DNA from: Acidimicrobiia bacterium
GTDB taxonomy: Bacteria; Actinomycetota; Acidimicrobiia; Spongiisociales; ZC4RG35
Direction: 5' to 3'
Length of the DNA: 64,000 nt
Assembly: GCA_035292685.1 (NCBI GenBank)
Contig: DATDPP010000040.1
Span: 65,398-129,397 of the forward strand
The notes under the pieces are model-generated. The model worked only from the letters and a program-made list of their open reading frames with translations. It did not search any database and was not told where the DNA came from. This document shows positions 8,892 through 18,254 of this stretch, piece after piece. Both the position numbers and the translations under genes were made by a program. The number at the start of each line of letters is the position of its first letter. The first letter of the stretch is position 1.

Positions 8892-9968
8892 ATGGAGCAA
8901 GGGACCAAGGCCCGGGCCATGATGCTCGTCGAGCCCAAGCACTTCACGCTGACCGAGTTGCCGACCCAACCTGTTGACCGTGGCGGTTGGCTGGCGGTGG
9001 AGGCAACCGGAATCTCGGGCGCAGATGTCCAGGTCTGGAAGGGCGATGCCCGGGACGTGGTCTATCCGCTGGTGCCCGGTCACGAGGTGGTAGGGCGAAT
9101 CGCCACCGAAGGGCCCACGATCCCCTTCCCCATCGGAACCCGAGTCGCGGTTGAGCCCCGAATCCGATGCGGTGAATGTCGTCGCTGCAAGCAGAGCCTG
9201 GCCACTTGTGTCAGACGGCGACCATCCAACTCCTATGGGTTCATCCCGTCGATGGAGCCACCCGGACTGTGGGGCGGTCTCGCCGAGTACCTGTTCATCG
9301 ACCCCGATGCAATCCTCCATCCTCTGACCGATGATGTCCCGGCCGAGGTCTCGACCTTCGTGCACCCCCTGGCTGCGGGCCATACCTGGGCCGTCGAGCT
9401 CCCCTCGCTGCAGACCGGCGATAGCGTGCTCATCCTCGGCCCGGGTCCACGCGGGCTGGCCTGTCTGATCGCGGCCAAAGCGGCGGGTGCCGGCTGGGTG
9501 GGGGTCACCGGTCTCGCCCATGACCGCGATCGTCTCGAGCTCGCCAAAAGACTTGGCGCCGATCTGACGATCGACGCCGAAAGCGACGATGTCGGCGGGG
9601 CGATCGCCGAGGCCGTCGGCCGGCGGCCGGACATCGTCGTCGATGTGACCTCCGACGATCCTGAGGCAGTATTCACCGCCCTTGACCTGGTCCGAAGTGG
9701 CGGGCGGGTGATTCTGGCGTCCACCAAGGGCAACCGCGCCTTCCATTTTCTCAGTGACGTGCTGGTGGCCAAGCAACTCACTATCCGTGGCGCCATGGGT
9801 GCGAGCAGTGTCGGTTATCAGTGGGCGACTCGTCAGATCGAGATCGACCCCCGGATCGACGACCTCGTCTCCCATCAGTTCCCACTGTCCGAGGCGTCAC
9901 GCGCCCTCCAGGCGGCGGCAGGGCTCCTGGGTCGAGAAGAGCTGATCTCGGTCGCCGTCACCTTCTGA
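8892..9968 (+). CDS. Zinc-dependent alcohol dehydrogenase family (MDR) oxidoreductase
   Basis: PLVPGHEVVGRI zinc motif, structural-zinc Cys cluster CGECRRCK, and Rossmann LILGPGPRGL. An internal ATG a few codons downstream is also a possible start. Confidence 0.85.
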   Translation: MEQGTKARAMMLVEPKHFTLTELPTQPVDRGGWLAVEATGISGADVQVWKGDARDVVYPLVPGHEVVGRIATEGPTIPFPIGTRVAVEPRIRCGECRRCKQSLATCVRRRPSNSYGFIPSMEPPGLWGGLAEYLFIDPDAILHPLTDDVPAEVSTFVHPLAAGHTWAVELPSLQTGDSVLILGPGPRGLACLIAAKAAGAGWVGVTGLAHDRDRLELAKRLGADLTIDAESDDVGGAIAEAVGRRPDIVVDVTSDDPEAVFTALDLVRSGGRVILASTKGNRAFHFLSDVLVAKQLTIRGAMGASSVGYQWATRQIEIDPRIDDLVSHQFPLSEASRALQAAAGLLGREELISVAVTF

Positions 9969-9969
9969 C

Positions 9970-11247
9970 ATGACCCGGGCCCACAGCGGTCTCGATCGGC
10001 TCTCGGTCGGGTCCTGGGTCCTCTACGACCTGGCCAACACCATCTTCGCCTTGGGCGTTATCGGCCGATACTTCCCGGAATGGCTGACCACAGTTGACCA
10101 GCCAGACTCCTCACTGGCCCTGGTCGAGGCAATGGCCGGCTTGTTGGTCATCTTCCTCGCCCCCTGGGCGGGGGCCCGCAGCGATGTCCGGGGAGCCCGG
10201 GTCCCCACGCTTCGGATCACAACCCTGATCGCGGTGGGCGCGACTGCCGGCCTTGCCGCGGGCCCGATCACCATGACGCTCATACTGCTCGGGATCGGCC
10301 TGGTCGGGTTCAACGTGGGGTCGGTGGTCTACGACGCCCTCCTGGTTGATGTCAGCACCCCGGAAACCCGGGGCCGAATCTCCGGGTTGGGGGTTGGGGT
10401 CGGCTATATCGGCTCGTTCATCGGGCTGGGAATCGGGGTCGTGACACTCGAAGCCCTCGGCTGGTCCTTTGCCGCCACCTTCAAGGTGCTCGCGCTGGCC
10501 TTTCTCGTTTTCGCCCTCCCCTCCTTCGTCTTCATCAAGGAGCGGCCCGCAGCCCGCGATACCCCGATGCCCAGGCTCCGGGACGTGCCAAGCCGAATCA
10601 TCTCGTCGTGGGGCACGGCACGCGGCTACGACGGCATGATCCGCTTCCTCGTCGGGCGCTTTCTCTACACCGATGCCATCAACACCCTGATCGGGGGGTT
10701 TCTCACCATTTTTGTGATCGAGGAACTCGGTCTCGATGGGCAATTCGCGACCAGACTTCTCGGACTGGCGATCGCCGCCGCAATCGTCGGCGCCCTGGTG
10801 GGCGGCCGTCTCGTCGAGGTGGCGGGCCCTCTGCGGGTGCTGCGGGCGGCCCTTGTCTTGTGGATGATCGCCATCGCCTCAGGCGTCGCCGCCTCGGTGA
10901 CCGGGCAGACCGGTCTCGCCTGGGCAATCGGGCCCCTGGGCGGCCTGGCCCTGGGCGCGACCTGGACCGCCGACCGGGTGGTGATGACCCGGATCTCCCC
11001 ACCCCGGCATCTCGGTGAGTTCTACGGCCTGTATGCCACTGTTGGAAGGTTTGCCACCATCCTGGGGCCTCTGACATGGGCGCTGGTCGTCGACGGCCTC
11101 GGCTGGGGAAGACAGGTGGCGATGAGCGCACTGATTGTCTTCATCGCCGCCGGATGGTGGGCGCTGCGGCTGGTCGATGACTCGGAGCGGGAGTGGCCAC
11201 CCGAAGACCGTTTGTCGTTCAGCGGAAGCCCCGCTCCCCCGAGATGA
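9970..11247 (+). CDS. MFS transporter, UMF1/Atg22-like
   Basis: 425 aa with about 12 hydrophobic segments. Paralogous to the truncated gene at the window start. Begins 2 nt after the upstream stop. Confidence 0.85.
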   Translation: MTRAHSGLDRLSVGSWVLYDLANTIFALGVIGRYFPEWLTTVDQPDSSLALVEAMAGLLVIFLAPWAGARSDVRGARVPTLRITTLIAVGATAGLAAGPITMTLILLGIGLVGFNVGSVVYDALLVDVSTPETRGRISGLGVGVGYIGSFIGLGIGVVTLEALGWSFAATFKVLALAFLVFALPSFVFIKERPAARDTPMPRLRDVPSRIISSWGTARGYDGMIRFLVGRFLYTDAINTLIGGFLTIFVIEELGLDGQFATRLLGLAIAAAIVGALVGGRLVEVAGPLRVLRAALVLWMIAIASGVAASVTGQTGLAWAIGPLGGLALGATWTADRVVMTRISPPRHLGEFYGLYATVGRFATILGPLTWALVVDGLGWGRQVAMSALIVFIAAGWWALRLVDDSEREWPPEDRLSFSGSPAPPR

Positions 11248-12181
11248 GGTGTTGTTCAACGGCGTAGGGAATCGGGAGGTCACCGACCTCGTTGGGTCCC
11301 CTCACCAGGCGCCTCCCGATCTCGGCGAACCAGGTGTCGTTGGCGAACGCCCACGGCCAGGCACGAATCCCGATCCTGGCCCCCATGATCCCCCCGACCA
11401 CGGCTCCGAGAGTGCTGCCGCCGATCCGGGCGGCTTGCTCGATTGGGATATGCGACCGGTCTGCCGGGGGCGCGGCCAGGAGCAAACCCGCCCTCATCAG
11501 GGCCCAGGGCCCGGGCTCGGGATCGGCGCCGACTGTTTTCAGGGCCTCCTCCCCATCGGTCACCCCGACGTGATCCATGAGGGCACGCAAGTCGCCCGCC
11601 AGCTCGTCCCACGAGACCCCCGAATATCTGAGGGTCGACCCCACCTGGGCTTCGGTGAGCTCGACTGTCTCCACCACACCGGCAATCAGGTCCCGACCCG
11701 ACTGTCCGAAACAAGAGGCCGCGGTGGCACTGGCGCTGACGACCCCGGCCACGATCGAGGAAAGGTCCGAGTGAAACACCCGACTGAGCTCGACCACTGT
11801 CTCTCTGAGGAGGCTGGGATCGCGACGGAGGGCAACACCCAAGGGCACAGCCCGCGGCGCCGCGTCGAGCGAAGGCTCTTCCTCAGGGACCGCGCCGCCG
11901 GCTGCGGCACGGCCAAGCCAGGTGCGGAAGTGAGGGGTCTCGGCGCGATACACAGGTTCCTCTTCCTCGGCGCCGTCGAGCTCGAGTATCGACCGCACCA
12001 GATGGGTGGTTTCGAGCTCACCCGTCTCTATGAGCTGATAGGCGATGACGGTCGCCTGTTCCGTGATGGCCGAGTACCCCAATTCCCAGGCTCCACCGGC
12101 GCTGTCGCCGGCCGCCAGGCCGAGCATGGTGCCATCCCCTTCACCAGCAACCAACGAGAAGCGGGAATCCGAGTCGCTCAC
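11219..12181 (-). CDS. ADP-ribosylglycohydrolase-family protein (divergent)
   Basis: N-terminal GLAAGDSAGG and C-terminal IGGSTLGAVVGGIMGARIG match the spacing of ARH/DraG family motifs, but the acidic ligands are replaced. The 3' end overlaps the convergent MFS gene by 29 nt. Confidence 0.6.
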   Translation of the reverse strand: MSDSDSRFSLVAGEGDGTMLGLAAGDSAGGAWELGYSAITEQATVIAYQLIETGELETTHLVRSILELDGAEEEEPVYRAETPHFRTWLGRAAAGGAVPEEEPSLDAAPRAVPLGVALRRDPSLLRETVVELSRVFHSDLSSIVAGVVSASATAASCFGQSGRDLIAGVVETVELTEAQVGSTLRYSGVSWDELAGDLRALMDHVGVTDGEEALKTVGADPEPGPWALMRAGLLLAAPPADRSHIPIEQAARIGGSTLGAVVGGIMGARIGIRAWPWAFANDTWFAEIGRRLVRGPNEVGDLPIPYAVEQHLISGERGFR

Positions 12182-12216
12182 GGTGGGGGAGGGTACCGGG
12201 GTAGGCTCGGCTCCGA

Positions 12217-13149
12217 ATGCACCGGATCGTGGTCATAGCCAACCCGGCTGCCTCCCAGTTCACCGGTGGCTCACACCGCGACGTCATGGCAACCCTGCAC
12301 CGGGTTGCCGACGTCGAGTCGATTTGGCCCGGATCACCCTCCGAGGCCGCGGCGAGAGCCCGGGAGTCGGCAGAAGGAGGGGCCGACATCGTGGTTGCCA
12401 TGGGAGGCGACGGGATGGTCCATCATGTCAGTCAGGGACTGGTGGGCGCCACGGCCTCGTTGGGTGTGATCCCGGTGGGTACCACCAACGTCTTCGCCAG
12501 ATTGATGGGGATCCCTTCCAAACCCATCAAGGCAGCGCGTCTGCTGGTGACCTCGCCCCGGATCGATCGGGTCGGGGTGGCCACGATGACCCTGAGCCGG
12601 GGATCGACCGAAACCGTGCACCATTCGATCTTCGCCTGTGGGTTCGGCCTCGACGCGGCCGTGGTGCAGCGGGCCGAGAAGGAGCCATATCGGAAATACC
12701 GGTTCGGCTCGATCCATTACGCCCGATCGGCGTTCGGCGCCGCACTTCAGGATTTCCCCCGTCGCCGACCGCATGTCACCGCCCGATCCGAGGGTCATGA
12801 GGCCTCTGCCACGGCAGCGATGATCCAATTCCGTGAGATCTACACCTACTTCGGGAGAGTGCCGCTCAAGATCACGCCCGAGCCACCCGACCCGATGACG
12901 GCTCTTGTCGTGAAGCGGCTTCGACGCAGGCACATACCGCAGATCGCATTCACTCTGTTTGCCGGACGAGATCTGGAATCGATTCGCGACATGGAGGTAT
13001 GGCGGCGGGTCGACCGGTTCGAGCTCGAGGCGGACCCTCCGGTGGAGGCTCAAGCAGACGGAGAGCCCCTGGGAATGGTCGACGGCGGGACGGTGGAATG
13101 GGCACCCGACGCTCTCGGGGTCATCGTCGCGGCGACACTGCCTCGCTAG
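12217..13149 (+). CDS. Diacylglycerol-kinase-family lipid kinase (YegS/DagK type)
   Basis: IVVAMGGDGMVHHV and LGVIPVGTTNVFAR motifs of the DAGK catalytic domain. Confidence 0.85.
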   Translation: MHRIVVIANPAASQFTGGSHRDVMATLHRVADVESIWPGSPSEAAARARESAEGGADIVVAMGGDGMVHHVSQGLVGATASLGVIPVGTTNVFARLMGIPSKPIKAARLLVTSPRIDRVGVATMTLSRGSTETVHHSIFACGFGLDAAVVQRAEKEPYRKYRFGSIHYARSAFGAALQDFPRRRPHVTARSEGHEASATAAMIQFREIYTYFGRVPLKITPEPPDPMTALVVKRLRRRHIPQIAFTLFAGRDLESIRDMEVWRRVDRFELEADPPVEAQADGEPLGMVDGGTVEWAPDALGVIVAATLPR

Positions 13150-13152
13150 GCA

Positions 13153-13938
13153 TCAAGGGGCTGCAGAGAAGCGAATGCCCTCGGCGTCGAACCGCTTCTT
13201 GATCCGGCGCAAGGCCTCCCGCTGCACCTTCGAGCGCTGGTGTGCGTCTGTGGTGAGCCGGCCTCTGATCACGACTGAAGCGTCTCCGAATTGCTGGACG
13301 CCGAGCATCTCGGCGGGGCCTCGCATCATGGGCCCGAACTCGGGATCCTCCGCCAGGGTGTTGAGCTCCTCGAGCATCACCTCCATGGCGCGGTCCACTT
13401 CCTGGTCGTAGGCGATCCCGACATCGATCACAGGCCTTGCGAAGATCCTGGTGGAATTGGAGGCCACCGCGATCTGCCCATTCGCCACGTAGTGGACGTT
13501 GCCCTCGTTGTCCCGAAGGACGGTGACCCGGAATTGGATGTCCTCCACCGTGCCGGTGACACCCCCGATCGACACCTCGTCACCTATCTGATACTGATCC
13601 TCGGCGAGTATGAAGAAACCGTAGAGGACGTCTTTCACCAGGCTCTGGGCGCCAAAACCGACGGCGGCCGCGATCACGGTCCCGATGGCAATGAACGGTG
13701 CCAGGCTGAGCCCCCAAATCGAGAAGACCATGAGCACCACAAAGACGATGAAGGTGGCCTGGATCACCCGGCGGACCATCAGCCACAGAGTGCGGGCTCG
13801 GGATGCGGCTTCCGGTCCCTTGAGCCCGATCCTCTCCACGAATCGGGCGCCGATTCTCACCAGGATGAAGTACCCGATCAGCGACAGGGCCATCACGGCC
13901 GCGGTTTGCAGCCATGGTGTCCACGTGGTGTCGTCCAT
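13153..13938 (-). CDS. Small-conductance mechanosensitive channel (MscS family)
   Basis: Three N-terminal TM helices, then the beta-domain motif IGDEVSIGGVTGTVEDIQFRVTVLRDNEGNVHYVANG. Confidence 0.85.
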   Translation of the reverse strand: MDDTTWTPWLQTAAVMALSLIGYFILVRIGARFVERIGLKGPEAASRARTLWLMVRRVIQATFIVFVVLMVFSIWGLSLAPFIAIGTVIAAAVGFGAQSLVKDVLYGFFILAEDQYQIGDEVSIGGVTGTVEDIQFRVTVLRDNEGNVHYVANGQIAVASNSTRIFARPVIDVGIAYDQEVDRAMEVMLEELNTLAEDPEFGPMMRGPAEMLGVQQFGDASVVIRGRLTTDAHQRSKVQREALRRIKKRFDAEGIRFSAAP

Positions 13939-13953
13939 GACCGGCGAGGGTAC

Positions 13954-15195
13954 CTATCCGGATCGCCGGCTCAGGTCGTTGAGGGCCAGCGTCAGCTCGG
14001 CGATCGAGGCCTGGGCCCGTGCTCTCCTCGCCATCATCCCCCGGACCGGATCGCCGAACTCGGTCTCCAGGGTCACCCTGATCCCCTCTGAGCCTGGAGC
14101 TTCAGACACGGTTGGGGGTTTCGCCCGACGCCCCGGCCACCACGACGGGCGCCGTCGCTTCGGGCCCCCGGCTCCAGGCTGGGCGGCGGCGGCGACGACG
14201 GCGCCGAGCACCACCGCCGGTGCGGCGTGCGCCATCTCGCTCATCGTCTTTCCCGGCCCGCCACCCGTCTCATCGCCCAACTGCTCGAGAAAGGCGGCCA
14301 CCTTTTGGCCGGCGGCCGAGAATTCTCCGGCATCGACCTGGGCGACCGCCTCGTCGACAACCTGATCCCAACGGGTGTCGAAGTCCACCCCCGGGCTGCC
14401 TCCGACCGCTTCGAGGAGAGGCAGGAACCCGGCTCGGAGGTCGATGAGCGACTTCTCGTACACCGACCCGCCAACCATCTGGCGGAGACGGGTGAGCAGG
14501 TCCTCGATCCCCAGGGCCGGGCCTACCGCCGGTTGGGCCGCAGTCTCGAGCACCACCGGGTCCCCGATCCCATCTTCGACGAGCGCGGCGGCCAGATCGG
14601 CCTTCACCCTTCCCACCTCGTCGGGGCGCAGACGGTCGATCTGGTTGAGCACGAATACGAACTGGCTCTGATAAGGCGCCATCGGGGCCAGATAGCCGTG
14701 ATGAAGGGAGGCGTCTCGATATTTCTCGGGATCGACCACCCACACCACGCAATCGAGACGGGGCAGGAGGGAGTCCACGCGTTGCCGGTGGTCGACTTCC
14801 ACGCTGTCGGTGTCGGGGAGATCGATCAGACAAAGCCACTCGTGCCCCCGGTGAGACACCCGGTCCTCGACACCGATCTCGTCGAGATAGCCGGCGAGGG
14901 TCGAAACTGAGGACAGTGGCACAAGGGCCTGAGGGCGCGCGGTGGTCGGCCGAACGCCCCCCGTTGGGGCCGCCTCTTCTCCGGCGACCGCGTTGAACAA
15001 ACTCGACTTGCCTGATCCGGTGCCCCCGGCCAGGGCAGCCAGCAGCACATCGTCCGGATATGCCACCCGGGCCAGCATCCGGTCGCGCATGTGGGCAACC
15101 GGCTCCAGGGAGACCTCGTCGACCACTCCGACGCAGTCTGCCAGAGCCTGGTCGATCATCGGCAGCAGGCCGATGATGGCGTCACGCATCGGCAA
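13954..15195 (-). CDS. P-loop GTPase, dynamin-like/YfjP-like, second of a tandem pair
   Basis: G1 GGTGSGKSSLFN, G3-like LIDLPDTDS and G4-like LNQID, then a long helical C-terminal region. No TM segment seen. Confidence 0.7.
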   Translation of the reverse strand: MPMRDAIIGLLPMIDQALADCVGVVDEVSLEPVAHMRDRMLARVAYPDDVLLAALAGGTGSGKSSLFNAVAGEEAAPTGGVRPTTARPQALVPLSSVSTLAGYLDEIGVEDRVSHRGHEWLCLIDLPDTDSVEVDHRQRVDSLLPRLDCVVWVVDPEKYRDASLHHGYLAPMAPYQSQFVFVLNQIDRLRPDEVGRVKADLAAALVEDGIGDPVVLETAAQPAVGPALGIEDLLTRLRQMVGGSVYEKSLIDLRAGFLPLLEAVGGSPGVDFDTRWDQVVDEAVAQVDAGEFSAAGQKVAAFLEQLGDETGGGPGKTMSEMAHAAPAVVLGAVVAAAAQPGAGGPKRRRPSWWPGRRAKPPTVSEAPGSEGIRVTLETEFGDPVRGMMARRARAQASIAELTLALNDLSRRSG

Positions 15196-16699
15196 AAGCT
15201 GACCGCGCCACCGCTTCGGCCACGAGCGTCCGGGCGCGGTCTACCGCGGGAGTCGGTGTTGCCTTCTCCATGACCAGCGTGACCAGATGGTCGCGCACCG
15301 AGCCGTATATCGGCCCCAGGGCACGATCCAGTCCCTCGGTGGAGGCGCTCACAAGGGCGGAGGGCTCGCTGCCGGGGAGAATCGCCCTCAGAGCGGCCTC
15401 GAGGTCAGGATCCGCCCCCAGTGTGGAGATCGCCAGCAGCAGGGCGCCGATGTCGGGGCGATTCCCCACCGTTGAAGCGCAGAGATCCTCCAACTCCGCC
15501 CACCAGTTGCCGACAGCCCCGGCGATGGCGGCGTGCGTCTCTGGGTCGAGTCTGGTGGCGGCCACGTCGTGATCGTCGAGGACCACGTCACCATCTTGAA
15601 TCGAGACCCTCAGGTCGCCGGCCACGGCAGTGATCACGGTCTCGAGCACGATTTGCCTCGACTCTGCGACCACCTCCGGGGCGGGAGACTTCCTTCGCAT
15701 CCAGGCCCGCACCCGTCGCGGGCGGGCGGGATCGCGGCCGGCGAGGGGTGAGTAATCGAAACCGGCGGCGGGTGACCCATGCGCCAATGCCAGGATCCTC
15801 TCCAGTCGGGGTGAAAAGGCCTGATCGAGCATCCCCTCGATGAGGTCCGCTTCAATCGAGCCCAGCTCGGCAGCGCCGATCAGCTCTCGGGCCTGACCCA
15901 ATGTCACCCACAGCACCGAGCGCACGATTGTGACCCTCTCGGCATGAGCATCTACGACGTGGCCCATGAGACGCCGGCGCAAGGAACGCACCGCCACCGA
16001 GGGAACCGATGGCGAGCCGGTCGAAAGATGATGCTCATGCACCACCAGGATGTCCCCGTCGGTGCCCTCCCGCTCCAGCCGATTCCGATAATCGGTCAAG
16101 GCCCCGGTCGTCGCGCTGGTCAACCGGTTCAGCACGTGGATCACCGGTGCGCCCCGGGACCGCGCCCGACGCAACACCTCCCAGGGAACCAGGTCGGCGT
16201 ATCTGAGGGCGGAGCTGACGAAGACCACGATGTCAGCGTGGTCGATCAGCGTCTCGGCGGCGACACGATGGGACAGCACGGTCGAGTCGAGGTCGGGGGT
16301 GTCTACCAGGGTCATCGAACCGAGAATCGGAGCCCGGCCCTCGACGACGACACAATCGATCTCCCCGACCCGGTCGTAGCCCGAGACATTGGCAGCGAGG
16401 ACCACAGGGGCTTTGGTTGTTGGTCGCAACGGCCCGGTCTCGGCGATTTCGAGACCGGAGACGGTGTTGAGAAGGGTCGACTTCCCGGCGCCGGTCGGGC
16501 CGGCGAACACGACAAAGAGCGGAGTCGACGGGTTGAGCATTCGGGGCAACAGGTAGGAGCGGATCGTCTTGACGATGCGGTCGCGTTCCCTGGCGTGAAT
16601 CCGCCCGGCCGGCTCGTCGCCAAAGACCAAGCCCTCAACCGCCCTGGCGAGCTCTTCGAGCTCGAACGTCAGATCATCGGCCGCGCTGATTGCCACCAC
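15182..16699 (-). CDS. P-loop GTPase, dynamin-like/YfjP-like, first of a tandem pair
   Basis: G1 GPTGAGKSTLLN and G3-like LVDTPDLDS, then a long helical C-terminal region. The 3' end overlaps the next GTPase gene by 14 nt. Confidence 0.7.
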   Translation of the reverse strand: MVAISAADDLTFELEELARAVEGLVFGDEPAGRIHARERDRIVKTIRSYLLPRMLNPSTPLFVVFAGPTGAGKSTLLNTVSGLEIAETGPLRPTTKAPVVLAANVSGYDRVGEIDCVVVEGRAPILGSMTLVDTPDLDSTVLSHRVAAETLIDHADIVVFVSSALRYADLVPWEVLRRARSRGAPVIHVLNRLTSATTGALTDYRNRLEREGTDGDILVVHEHHLSTGSPSVPSVAVRSLRRRLMGHVVDAHAERVTIVRSVLWVTLGQARELIGAAELGSIEADLIEGMLDQAFSPRLERILALAHGSPAAGFDYSPLAGRDPARPRRVRAWMRRKSPAPEVVAESRQIVLETVITAVAGDLRVSIQDGDVVLDDHDVAATRLDPETHAAIAGAVGNWWAELEDLCASTVGNRPDIGALLLAISTLGADPDLEAALRAILPGSEPSALVSASTEGLDRALGPIYGSVRDHLVTLVMEKATPTPAVDRARTLVAEAVARSAFADA

Positions 16700-16738
16700 T
16701 CGGATGAAAGTGTGGCACGGACCCGTCTCAGATCGGTG

Positions 16739-17614
16739 TCAGGCGGTCCATCCCCCCGAGGGCCGTTCGAACCACACATGGACCTGCCCGGTGCCCGTGG
16801 CGTTCTCATAATCCGAGAACATCTCGCCGGGGGCGACACAGTTCCTCCCTCCGATTGCGCCGAGCATCATCAGATAGTGGCCAAAGCGCCCTTCCGGGGC
16901 GTACTCGAAGTAGTCGTCCATGGTGTCGACGACCCGGGCGTGGTCGCCGGCCCGCATCATCGCGAGCCGCTCCTCATCGGCCGCCCGGGCCGCAGGGGTG
17001 ATGATGTGCACCGGATCGGAGGCCTCGTGTTTCGAGATCTCCTTCAAGGGCCAGAAGGTGTGGCTCATCCCTCCCGATGCAAGGACCACCACCCGTCGGT
17101 CGAGCCGGGCAACCGCCTCCCCGATGGCCTCACCCATGGTCATGAAGTCGTCTGTCTCTCCGGTCTGGACCACGGAGACCGAAACCACCTTTTCCTCCTC
17201 GCGCAGGTAGTGGATGAGGTTGATCGTGGCGTAGTAGATGGGCAGATAGTCGTCTTCAGAGGCGTGAGTCGGCGTGCCCAGCTCCGAGCCGAGAGTGGCC
17301 AAGAGTCTGGCCAGCTCGGGATCGCCCGGGTAGTCGTATGGGATCTGGGCCATGCCCCGGGGCAGCTCGGAGGAGGTGAAGATGCCGTGGCGGCGGGCAT
17401 GCGCCGAAATCAGGTGCTCCACCGTGGAGAACCAGTGGGAGTCGACGATCACGATCGTGTCGGGCTGGAGACGGTCGAAGACCTCGGTGCGAAGCCGGTT
17501 GAGACCGGGCACCAGGCTGATCTCCATGCCCTCGTTTATCTCGAGACGGGTCGCCTCGTCGAACATGATCGTTGGCGCATGACTGATGAGCCCGGCACCG
17601 ACTATCTCGCCCAT
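16739..17614 (-). CDS. hpaD: Class III (LigB-type) extradiol dioxygenase, homoprotocatechuate 2,3-dioxygenase-like
   Basis: 291 aa. MGEIVGAGLISHAPTI, IVIVDSHW, LASGGMSHTF and ATGTGQV align by eye along the full length with E. coli HpaD (MGKLALAAKITHVPS, DTHW, LASGSLSH, SGTGQV). Confidence 0.6.
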   Translation of the reverse strand: MGEIVGAGLISHAPTIMFDEATRLEINEGMEISLVPGLNRLRTEVFDRLQPDTIVIVDSHWFSTVEHLISAHARRHGIFTSSELPRGMAQIPYDYPGDPELARLLATLGSELGTPTHASEDDYLPIYYATINLIHYLREEEKVVSVSVVQTGETDDFMTMGEAIGEAVARLDRRVVVLASGGMSHTFWPLKEISKHEASDPVHIITPAARAADEERLAMMRAGDHARVVDTMDDYFEYAPEGRFGHYLMMLGAIGGRNCVAPGEMFSDYENATGTGQVHVWFERPSGGWTA

Positions 17615-17653
17615 TCAGTCCCTCCTCGAGATCGTTAGGAAGCTAATGAGATT

Positions 17654-18199
17654 CTATGCCTTTGCCCGATCGCCGGCCACGAGCGGGAGGTCGTCGGCCG
17701 TGGCGGTCACGATTCGGAGCAACCGGGCGAGTTCCCCGCGCTCCCGCGGGCCGAGGCCCGATGTGAGCTTCGTCTCGTGCTCGTTGAACCTGGGAAAGAC
17801 CCTCTCGATCACCTCCCGACCGCCCCCCTCCAGTGCGACGATGACCCGGCGCCCATCCTCGGGATGACGGGTGCGGGACACAAGACCGGTCTTCTCGAGG
17901 GTGCCCAGCATGCCGCTGAGGGTTCCCTTGGCCAGCCCGCAGTCGTCGGCGAGTTGGCCGGTCTCCCGCTCTCCCCACACCCAAAGGACGAACAGGATGG
18001 TGAACCCTCCCCAGGACAGCCCTTCCGGCCCAAGGACCTCTCGTTCCATCCGGTTCCGCACCGCGTTGGCAGCGCGATAGATGTTGGAAACGGCGAGGAG
18101 GGCATCGAAATCGAACTGTCGATCCCCGAGCCGGGCACGAATGTCTCGCTCCGCCTCGAGCACGACCCTGGGATCGTCGTCGATGAGTGGTCTTGGCAT
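17654..18199 (-). CDS. MarR-family transcriptional regulator
   Basis: 181 aa with a winged-HTH core (GQLADDCGLAKGTLSGMLGTLEKTGLVSRTRHPEDGRRV). Divergent from the aldehyde dehydrogenase gene, as HpaR-type regulators are. Confidence 0.85.
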   Translation of the reverse strand: MPRPLIDDDPRVVLEAERDIRARLGDRQFDFDALLAVSNIYRAANAVRNRMEREVLGPEGLSWGGFTILFVLWVWGERETGQLADDCGLAKGTLSGMLGTLEKTGLVSRTRHPEDGRRVIVALEGGGREVIERVFPRFNEHETKLTSGLGPRERGELARLLRIVTATADDLPLVAGDRAKA

Positions 18200-18205
18200 G
18201 GGGTT

Positions 18206-18230
18206 CTAAGGACAGGCAGTTTATCCTTAG
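18206..18230. promoter_or_regulatory. Candidate MarR operator (palindrome) in divergent promoter region
   Basis: CTAAGGA (18206-18212) N11 TCCTTAG (18224-18230) is a perfect 7-bp inverted repeat. It sits between the MarR start (18199) and the ALDH start (18255). Confidence 0.45.
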
Positions 18231-18254
18231 CTTGCGAACGATCTGCATCCACCC

